In this document: positions 9,849 through 17,019 of the stretch, one piece after another
Numbering within the stretch: position 1 is the first letter of the stretch
Layout: each line of letters opens with the position of its first letter
Origin: a virus
Lineage: Duplodnaviria > Caudoviricetes
Virus record (IMG/VR): IMGVR_UViG_3300016667_000431
Coordinates: 1-29,738 of that record
Strand: one strand, 5' to 3'
DNA: 29,738 bases
Position numbers and translations under genes: made by a program
The notes under the pieces: model-generated
Told to the model about the DNA's origin: nothing
What the model saw: the letters and a program-made list of their open reading frames with translations, nothing else
Databases searched by the model: none

Positions 9849-11504
9849 ATGACTGAAGACACTATATTGAGTAAGCTTGATTGCTCAGCAAAATTGTTTA
9901 AATCAAAGCTCACAAAGCAGGATATAGATTATATATATAGTCTCTGTGTGAGTATCACACAGGAAGACACAAAGACTAAAACGTTAGGTAAGTATATTGC
10001 ATGCTTGAAGCTAGGTATTAGAGAAGATAAGCAGTGTACTGTTTGTAATGAACGTATACCTTATAGAGATTTTAAAACCTATATTAAGCAGTCATTTTGC
10101 TGTATTAATTGTAGAGAAAAACATAGAGGTATTATTAATCTTAATGCGAACAACGCTCTTAAGAATAATAGAGAAGCAGTTCTAAAACGTAAGAGCACAC
10201 TACATAAGATGTATGGTGTTACTAACTCAATGCAACTAGATGCAGTAAAGTCTATAAGGAAGCAGCGCTGTTTTGAGCAGCACGGCGTTGAACATACTTC
10301 ACAACTTATTACTGTTAAGCAAAAGGTTAAACAAACAAATCTTAATAGATATGGTGTGGAGTGTACCTTATTAACTAGTAAAGAAAAGAACTCAGAACAA
10401 AAGAGATCTAAAAAGTTTGACACTCTACAGCAATTAACAAACATAGCGCCAATCTTTAAGAAGGAAGAATACTATGGTATTTTTCATGGTAATTGTAAAA
10501 AGTTTTATCCATTCATATGCAATATATGTAAGAGAGAGTTTAGTGCGCATCTAGGTTCATGGAATACCAATTTAGATAGCTGCCCATACTGCAGTGGTGA
10601 GAGTAATAAATATGAAGATTTTCTAGGTGAATTTCTAGTATCGATAAATGTTCCATATGAACGGAATAATCGCAAGATACTTCAAGGTAAGGAGATTGAT
10701 TTCTTTCTATCACATAAAAATATAGCTATTGAGGTAGATGGTTTATACTATCATAGCACTAAATTTATTAAGCGTAGTGATTATCACTTAGCTAAGACTA
10801 ATATGTGTAAACAGCAGGGTATTTCTCTTATACATGTTTTTGGTGATGAAATTTTGTTTAATATAAAGTCGCTTAAAAATCGCCTACGTAGTGTACTTGG
10901 AAAAAATAAACATACTGTATATGGTAGAAAATGTGAAGTATATCCTATTACCTCAGCCGTAAAGAGTAAATTTCTTAAGAAATATCACATACAGGGTGAT
11001 TGTAATAGTAGTATCAACTTAGGATTATTTTATAAAAAAAGATTATTATCAGTTATGACTTTTGGAAAAAAACGCGTCAGTACAGGTCATAAAGGTATCG
11101 ATGGTGAGTTCGAACTATATCGTTTTTGTAGTATATATAATTTTAACATCTTAGGAGGTGCTTCGAAGTTATTATCATACTTCGAGAAGTATTACCAACC
11201 TACAGAAATTATATCCTTCTGTGATCTCAGATATACATCGACTCTTAAGCGTAATTTATACGAGAGTCTAGGTATGAAACTATGTAAACAGACCTTACCT
11301 AATTACTGGATTGTTAGAGGTAATAAGAGAGAGCATAGATTCTCTTATAGGAAAAGCGTTCTACATAAGAAATTATCGTTATTTGATCCACTTCTATCTG
11401 AAACGCAAAACCTAGAACAAAATAACATTTTTAAGATATATGACTGTGGTAACTTATTATACAGAAAAACATATACACGAGTCAAAGCAATAAGCATTAG
11501 CTGA
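9849..11504 (+). CDS. Free-standing Hef-like putative homing endonuclease 2
   Basis: Zn-finger cysteines, YGV-type repeats, EIDFFLSHKNIAIEVDGLYYHS nuclease motif, C-terminal VYGRKC...HIQG...ELYRFC...GGASKLL...DLRY...IYDCGN domain shared with 7307-9070. Confidence 0.75.
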   Translation: MTEDTILSKLDCSAKLFKSKLTKQDIDYIYSLCVSITQEDTKTKTLGKYIACLKLGIREDKQCTVCNERIPYRDFKTYIKQSFCCINCREKHRGIINLNANNALKNNREAVLKRKSTLHKMYGVTNSMQLDAVKSIRKQRCFEQHGVEHTSQLITVKQKVKQTNLNRYGVECTLLTSKEKNSEQKRSKKFDTLQQLTNIAPIFKKEEYYGIFHGNCKKFYPFICNICKREFSAHLGSWNTNLDSCPYCSGESNKYEDFLGEFLVSINVPYERNNRKILQGKEIDFFLSHKNIAIEVDGLYYHSTKFIKRSDYHLAKTNMCKQQGISLIHVFGDEILFNIKSLKNRLRSVLGKNKHTVYGRKCEVYPITSAVKSKFLKKYHIQGDCNSSINLGLFYKKRLLSVMTFGKKRVSTGHKGIDGEFELYRFCSIYNFNILGGASKLLSYFEKYYQPTEIISFCDLRYTSTLKRNLYESLGMKLCKQTLPNYWIVRGNKREHRFSYRKSVLHKKLSLFDPLLSETQNLEQNNIFKIYDCGNLLYRKTYTRVKAISIS

Positions 11505-11576
11505 CACCTTCCACGTAAAGAAATTGATACACACCTACGTGAGCGTATTACGAACTTTATTTCTAAATTAAAGTAA
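11479..11576 (+). pseudogene. Relic duplicate of the gp21 3' end
   Basis: 11479-11505 reads ESKQ*ALAD (22/27 nt identical to 9655-9681, ESKQWVLAD); after a ~49-nt deletion, 11508-11576 reads LPRKEIDTHLRERITNFISKLK* versus gp21 LPRKEIDTYLRERITAFISRL*. Confidence 0.9.
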
Positions 11577-11656
11577 ATAGTTCCCACAAATCACGTGATT
11601 TGTAGTGGATATATTATAAAAAGTTCCGTACAGTTGTAGAAAAAGTTGCAGCAGTA

Positions 11657-11664
11657 TATAAATA
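11657..11664 (+). promoter_or_regulatory. T4 late promoter of the core/scaffold/capsid operon
   Basis: Perfect TATAAATA 5 nt before ATG 11670. Confidence 0.75.
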
Positions 11665-11669
11665 CTATT

Positions 11670-11852
11670 ATGGCAGGTAGCCCCGCTAAAACACAAAACT
11701 CAACAAAGCTCTCCACAAATGATAAAATTTCACGTTTTATCGCTGCAATTTCTTCTAAGAATTACGCCGAAGCTAATAAATATTTAAAGGGCGCTGTTGA
11801 GGATAAGATAACAAGCAGAATCAATAATGCGACTGAACAACCACTTTTCTAA
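11670..11852 (+). CDS. Small prohead core-like protein (gp67-like by position and pattern)
   Basis: FIAAISSKNYAEANKYLKGAVEDKI helical pattern; lies between gp21 and gp22; ATG 11670 follows the late promoter. Confidence 0.6.
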   Translation: MAGSPAKTQNSTKLSTNDKISRFIAAISSKNYAEANKYLKGAVEDKITSRINNATEQPLF

Positions 11853-11853
11853 T

Positions 11854-12702
11854 ATGAAAAACCAGAAAGAATTATTACCGGAAAGCGTTAAGGAAGTCCT
11901 TACTGAGGAGACTATTTCTTCTATTGAGACTGCGATTAAAGAAAAGGTAACACTATCCGTAGAGGCTGCACTTGCTACTCAAGATGAGCTCTACGCTGAA
12001 AAGTTACAAGAACTTATTGGCGCTATTGATAAAGATCACACCTCTAAGTTAAAGAGAGTTGTAGAGGCTGTAGATCGTAGCAATGCTAATAAACTACTCA
12101 AAGTCGTATCTAAGTACGAAACTGAGTTAAACAAAGGCGCTGCTAAATTTAAATCTACACTTGTAGAGTCTATCTCCGATTACTTAGAAGAGTATATCGA
12201 AGAAGCGATTCCAAGTCAAGCTATCGAAGAGGCTACTAAGAATAGAACTGCTATGGAAGTTCTAACCAACCTTCGTAAAGTTCTCGCTGTTGATTCTTCT
12301 CTAATGAGTGAATCAGTAAGAGATGCTGTAGTTGATGGTAAGAAACAAATTGATGATCTTACACAGAGACTTCAGCAAGTTGAAAAAGAAAACACTCTCC
12401 TTAAAGAAGCTTATACCAAGACTAAAGCTGACCTTTTACTTGAGTCTAAGACCGCTAAGCTTCCACAGAAAAAGGCTGAATACCTCCGCAAGGTACTAGG
12501 TGATAAAACACCTAAGTTTATCGAAGAAAACTTCGAGTATACAGCTAGACTCTTTGATAAAAAGGAGAAGGAGAGACTTGATATCATCAAGGAAGAAGCC
12601 TTTACAAACCGTAAGGTTAAGGCCGATGCCCCTGTAACCAAAATGGTTGAGGAGAAGGTTCAAGTAAATCCTTACTTAGAAGAACTTCAGAGAATGAAAT
12701 AA
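11854..12702 (+). CDS. Prohead scaffold protein (T4 gp22-like)
   Basis: E/K-rich coiled coil, LVESISDYLE, C-terminal NPYLEEL; directly upstream of the capsid gene; ATG 11854 preferred over the overlapping 11827. Confidence 0.85.
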   Translation: MKNQKELLPESVKEVLTEETISSIETAIKEKVTLSVEAALATQDELYAEKLQELIGAIDKDHTSKLKRVVEAVDRSNANKLLKVVSKYETELNKGAAKFKSTLVESISDYLEEYIEEAIPSQAIEEATKNRTAMEVLTNLRKVLAVDSSLMSESVRDAVVDGKKQIDDLTQRLQQVEKENTLLKEAYTKTKADLLLESKTAKLPQKKAEYLRKVLGDKTPKFIEENFEYTARLFDKKEKERLDIIKEEAFTNRKVKADAPVTKMVEEKVQVNPYLEELQRMK

Positions 12703-12703
12703 T

Positions 12704-12771
12704 TTTCACCCTGAACAATGAGGTGCTTGTCACCTGAACATCTTGGGAGTAAAATCCCATGAAGGTCGAAA
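12704..12771 (+). promoter_or_regulatory. Candidate structured RNA leader upstream of the major capsid gene
   Basis: Hairpins aggtg/cacct (12721-12735) and tggga/tccca (12744-12759), enclosed by tttcacc/ggt(c)gaaa. Confidence 0.45.
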
Positions 12772-12798
12772 TAGAAAAGGAAACGAATAATAATTATT

Positions 12799-14259
12799 AT
12801 GAAAAAACCACAATCATTTATTGATAGATCAAGAGCTGATGCCCTTCTAGAAAAATGGGCTCCAGTTCTCAACTACACATCTGATAGCGTTAAGGCTATC
12901 TCCGATGATCACACCCGCCTCAACACCGCCGTTCTTCTTGAGAACCAAGAAAGATGGTGTATGGAGTCAAGCTCTGTTGGTGGTGGTTCACTAGGTGGTG
13001 CTGCACAAGGTGGTAGCATCTTCAACCCAACCGGTCAGATCAATTCAGGTGACACATATGCCTCAGGTGATGCTCGCCTACCAAAGGTTCTAATTCCAAT
13101 GATTCGCCGTACATTCCCAGAGCTTATCACTAACGAAATCGTTGGTGTTCAGCCAATGTCCGGTCCAGTTGGTCTTGCCTTTGCTCTACGTTATGCTTAT
13201 CAAAGCCAAGCTCTCGGTTCTGGTTTTGATGCTACCACTCCTGGTGGTCCAGGTGTACCTGCTGGTAACACTACCAGTTATACTGGTGCCGCTGGTCTAA
13301 ACAGCACTGAACTTGGTTATCAACTTCTTGATACCCGTTTCACCGGTGCCAGCTCAAACAGACTATCCGGTTCTGCCGACTGGTCATTTGATGCTCGTGA
13401 CCGTGGTGTTGCACAAATCCTATCAGCATTCGAAATCACTGGTAACATTCCTCAAGTTGAAGTTCGCTTCGAAAAGACTGCCGTTGAAGCTGGTACCCGT
13501 AGACTAGGTGCCCGTTGGTCAGTTGAACTCGAGCAGGACCTCAAGAACATGAACGGTATCGACATCGATGCTGAGATCACAAATGCTATGTCATATGAGA
13601 TCCAAGCTGAGATCGACCGTGAAATGCTCATGAGAATGATCCAAGCTGCTCTAGGTGCTGGTGCTGGTGTTGGTTACTCCTTCTGGTCTCCAGCTTCTGC
13701 TGATGGCCGTTGGTTAGTTGAGCGTAATCGCGACTTCTATCAAAGATTAATCATCGAAGCTAACCGTATTGCTGTACGTAACAGACGTGGTGCTGCTAAC
13801 TTCATCGTCGCAACTCCAAGAGTTTGCGCCATCCTTGAAATGCTCCCTGAATTCCAGTGGGTACCTGTTCAAGGTGATGTTAACACACAACCAGTTGGTA
13901 TTGCTAAGGTTGGTTCGCTTGGTGGCAGATTCAACGTTTACCGTGATACAAGAACTGAAGTTCAGAACACCAACAAGTATCCTGGCAGTGGTTATACCGC
14001 TGGTCAGAACGGCATCGAGTATGCTCTACTTGGCTATAAGGGTCCTGAATTCTATGATACTGGTATCATCTATTGCCCTTACATTCCAGTAATGGTACAA
14101 AGAACAATTGGTCCAAATGACTTCGCTCCACGCGTTGGTCTACTTACCCGCTATGGTGTAGTAGATAATATATTTGGTGCTAATCTTTATTACCATGTTG
14201 TTCTCGTTCAGGGTCTTGGTACTGCGTTTACACCTGCTTCACAGAGTGTTTACTTCTAA
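12799..14259 (+). CDS. Major capsid protein (T4 gp23-like)
   Basis: LLEKWAPVL, LLENQE, IVGVQPMSGPVGLAFALR, ELEQDLK, EIQAEIDRE, YCPYIP, TRYG. Confidence 0.97.
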   Translation: MKKPQSFIDRSRADALLEKWAPVLNYTSDSVKAISDDHTRLNTAVLLENQERWCMESSSVGGGSLGGAAQGGSIFNPTGQINSGDTYASGDARLPKVLIPMIRRTFPELITNEIVGVQPMSGPVGLAFALRYAYQSQALGSGFDATTPGGPGVPAGNTTSYTGAAGLNSTELGYQLLDTRFTGASSNRLSGSADWSFDARDRGVAQILSAFEITGNIPQVEVRFEKTAVEAGTRRLGARWSVELEQDLKNMNGIDIDAEITNAMSYEIQAEIDREMLMRMIQAALGAGAGVGYSFWSPASADGRWLVERNRDFYQRLIIEANRIAVRNRRGAANFIVATPRVCAILEMLPEFQWVPVQGDVNTQPVGIAKVGSLGGRFNVYRDTRTEVQNTNKYPGSGYTAGQNGIEYALLGYKGPEFYDTGIIYCPYIPVMVQRTIGPNDFAPRVGLLTRYGVVDNIFGANLYYHVVLVQGLGTAFTPASQSVYF

Positions 14260-14290
14260 TTAATTAGAAATAGTTAAGAACAAACAAGTT

Positions 14291-14326
14291 AGAGCTGGAG
14301 GAACCGAAGAGCCTCCAGCTCTTTTT
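14291..14326 (+). terminator. Rho-independent terminator after gp23
   Basis: agagctggagg-N10-cctccagctct followed by a T-run. Confidence 0.85.
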
Positions 14327-14532
14327 GTGTATAATTGGTCCAATATAGTATAAGCATAAATACATACCTTGCTATATAGTAAATATTTTTTCTATTATTT
14401 AATTGAACATATATTTGGCGTGTATATTATTAGTTACCTCTAATATGGTAATAATACGACTGTAGATAAATTCAGTAACTTATTATTATATTGTAGTTGA
14501 TAATATATTATGGCTTTAATATATAACTATAA

Positions 14533-15039
14533 GTGAGTAGTAAATTTACAGAAGATGAAAGGCTAGCTATTATACAACATGCTATAGAACACGGCATATG
14601 GACTGTTAGAGATAAATTTAATGTCTGACCTGATACAGTTCGACGATGGATGGATCCTGATTTAGATAAAAAATGTAAACAACAATTAAGTGATCTTTAC
14701 CATAATAAGTATAAACATAGTACAGAGTATAAATTACATATAAAGAATAAGAATAGAAAAAGGTACGAGAAGACACATCTTAATAGTAAATTTACAATGA
14801 AGCAGATGAGACAAATTATAGCTATACCTATAGATATGATGTGTAATTGTATAAAGTCATGTGTAAAAACTGTTGGTATTGTTATTAATAAAACATACGA
14901 AAAAAACGTTATTAATAGTATTAAAGAATTTTCTCTGCAGAGTAGAACTATACTAGGATCTACAAATGCAGTATCTCATTTTAATAAACAGCAAACACGT
15001 AAAGAAGAAATACTGTTAGTATTTACTAAGTATAGTTAA
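14533..15039 (+). pseudogene. Interrupted HTH-containing gene (in-frame TGA at 14626-14628)
   Basis: GTG 14533 opens VSSKFTEDERLAIIQHAIEHGIWTVRDKFNV*PDTVRRWMDP, continuous with the 14650-15039 ORF; the stop falls in an apparent HTH turn. Confidence 0.6.
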
Positions 15040-15067
15040 AATCCTACTGAGTAGAATAAATATTAAT

Positions 15068-15448
15068 ATGGCAATAGTAAGTTTCTCTTCTCAAGCTCTT
15101 TCATCATACGGTCTAAATCCACTACCTCTATCATGGTCTCTATCAGGTAATAGCAACACTGTAGAGCTATTAACTGTCGGTACCGGTGTACAAGGTATTG
15201 CATTTAATGCATTACCAATCGCTGCTACCGGTACTTTCGTCACTCTATCTGCACAAACTGGAAATACATTCAGAGTTGATCAAGCGTATAATAACACAAC
15301 ATTTGCGCTTATTAATACAGATGGTTCAACATCACTCTTCACATGCTTAACAGCTAGCGGTGTTTCAACAGCACAATCACTTACAGCTAACGCTTTTGAC
15401 TCTACATGGCCAGAAGTAAGAAGAAAGTGGCTACTGGGTTTTAACTGA
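15068..15448 (+). CDS. Small S/T-rich late protein, possible virion decoration
   Basis: 126 aa, beta-rich; TAAATA at 15057-15062, 5 nt before ATG. Confidence 0.65.
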   Translation: MAIVSFSSQALSSYGLNPLPLSWSLSGNSNTVELLTVGTGVQGIAFNALPIAATGTFVTLSAQTGNTFRVDQAYNNTTFALINTDGSTSLFTCLTASGVSTAQSLTANAFDSTWPEVRRKWLLGFN

Positions 15449-15469
15449 TTTTATCTAACATATATAAAT

Positions 15470-15502
15470 AAAAAGCCGAGCTATAGCTCGGCTTTCTTGT
15501 TT
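15470..15502. terminator. Bidirectional terminator between convergent arms
   Basis: Perfect inverted repeat aaagccgagctatagctcggcttt (15472-15495) with A/T tails on both sides. Confidence 0.8.
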
Positions 15503-16167
15503 TATAGAGAATCTATTTTAGCTTTTATATCTTTAAGTATTCTACAGTAATACGGACCCTCTCCAAAAGACCCTACAGTAGTATGAGTAATTACTCGCCA
15601 CTCATCATTCTCCCATATAAACCATGGGGTCCCTGAGTCTCCGGGTATTAAAAACGGGTCTCTATCTTTACCGAAGATCCAAGCTGTTTTATTTCCATAA
15701 TGTATTCTACTCATAGATACCCTGCCGTGCTGATCAAAAGTAACAGCTATCTTACCTAGAGCATCATCTTCTATAGAAAAATTATACGCTTTTACAGTAT
15801 CTGGGAATGGTGTATCTACCTTACATATAGCTATATCTCCACCTCTATACCGTGTTAATGATTCTTCTCTATCATTGGATATAGTATATTTATCACATGT
15901 TAATGCGACGATAGTTCGCTCTATTTTAGTACCAAACTTATCTACAACGTATATTTTATTACTCGGTGTGTTAGTAGATGGGTTAGAGTGGTTACATACT
16001 ATTATAATGTCTTTAGATGGTACATTTACTACCCACCCTTTGATCCAACCATTACCTAATACAGGGTGATCAGAACAAACAATCCCAGTCCTATTAATTG
16101 ATGTAGGACCGGGATTACTTTGATATTTATTAAATAATACGTAGAATATACGTTGTAGTGCATTCAT
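15502..16167 (-). CDS. Trypsin-like (S1) serine protease
   Basis: Triad in correct order: IIVCNH (His), GDIAI (Asp), PGDSGTPW (Ser). Confidence 0.8.
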   Translation of the reverse strand: MNALQRIFYVLFNKYQSNPGPTSINRTGIVCSDHPVLGNGWIKGWVVNVPSKDIIIVCNHSNPSTNTPSNKIYVVDKFGTKIERTIVALTCDKYTISNDREESLTRYRGGDIAICKVDTPFPDTVKAYNFSIEDDALGKIAVTFDQHGRVSMSRIHYGNKTAWIFGKDRDPFLIPGDSGTPWFIWENDEWRVITHTTVGSFGEGPYYCRILKDIKAKIDSL

Positions 16168-16186
16168 ACATATTATTTAATGCATT

Positions 16187-16432
16187 TTATGCAACACCGA
16201 AGTGTGCTTTAACAGCTGCGATAAGTGATTCGTTTGACCATTCTTCCGGTGTATCATAGTTATCACCAGATAGAGCGTCAAGCTCAATTCGCTGACCTCT
16301 GATAAATACTACAACCTTCTTTTCAGTTGGTAAATCTACAATACGCTCAATGGTAATTTCGGATATCGTATCTTTAACTTCTGGTTGTCTAATAACCTCG
16401 ATTGGTGTTGTTAGTTCAATTTTAAGACTCAT
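16187..16432 (-). CDS. Hypothetical protein, tail-fibre associated
   Basis: 81 aa acidic ORF; TAAATA 7 nt upstream. Confidence 0.7.
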   Translation of the reverse strand: MSLKIELTTPIEVIRQPEVKDTISEITIERIVDLPTEKKVVVFIRGQRIELDALSGDNYDTPEEWSNESLIAAVKAHFGVA

Positions 16433-16481
16433 ATATTATTATTTAGGTTGAGTCATGCTTCTTCTAACAATGTTAGTAATA

Positions 16482-16820
16482 CTACACGCTTTCTATTACC
16501 GATTGTTGAGTTTCCTGAATTTCTTGTTGCTGAGTTATCCAATCTCTTAATGGATTAACAGCATTAAGAATAGCTTCCATTGCTGACGCAACTTCTGGAA
16601 CTTGTGAACCAGCTTCCCAAAGCTTATCTGTGGAAATCGCAACCATATTTTGGCCACTTCCAATTTCAGAAGTTTCTGCATTATATGGAAGAGTTTCAAT
16701 TAAAATACGGCCACTTGAAACAGAAGGGGCATGACAAATTACATTGTATAACCAAAGATGAGGAAAACTTTTTGCTTCGGTTGCTGGAATTATTGTTGGA
16801 TTAGGATTGTCTATTGGCAT
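16482..16820 (-). CDS. Hypothetical protein, tail-fibre associated
   Basis: 112 aa ORF downstream of the fibre gene. Confidence 0.7.
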   Translation of the reverse strand: MPIDNPNPTIIPATEAKSFPHLWLYNVICHAPSVSSGRILIETLPYNAETSEIGSGQNMVAISTDKLWEAGSQVPEVASAMEAILNAVNPLRDWITQQQEIQETQQSVIESV

Positions 16821-16821
16821 A

Positions 16822-16980
16822 TTATTCTGGCTTTTCTACTACCATTTCATTTTCGATTCTTTTGACAAATGTTAAAGCTGCTTCCGCAACATTGATTCCT
16901 CCTGCTTTTACAGCGATATCAATTAACTGAACTAAAACTTGAGCTTCTTGATTTGTTAAAATGAGATTAACTTCTTTCAT
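16822..16980 (-). CDS. 52 aa hypothetical protein missed by the ORF track
   Basis: MKEVNLILTNQEAQVLVQLIDIAVKAGGINVAEAALTFVKRIENEMVVEKPE*; fills the gap and its stop lies 1 nt from the next ATG. Confidence 0.75.
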   Translation of the reverse strand: MKEVNLILTNQEAQVLVQLIDIAVKAGGINVAEAALTFVKRIENEMVVEKPE

Positions 16981-17019
16981 GATTTATTATATATATTTTT
17001 ATTAGTATTTTTCAACTGT

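Noticed and set aside
9655-11576. Group I intron or intein in gp21
   Set aside because: gp21 is complete with its own stop before the nuclease; the downstream copy has a stop and a deletion; the ~50-nt spacer leaves no room for an intron core; no intein termini are present
12704-12771. Hammerhead ribozyme
   Set aside because: Three stems and a GAAA are present, but the CUGANGA core is not matched (CUGAACA) and the GAAA is used in the closing stem
14254-14269. 16-bp palindrome ttctaattaattagaa over the gp23 stop
   Set aside because: Almost entirely A/T, and a proper terminator follows at 14291; probably chance
14626-14628. Genome-wide TGA recoding
   Set aside because: TGA terminates genes at their expected ends (395, 739, 7385), and conserved genes are uninterrupted in the standard code
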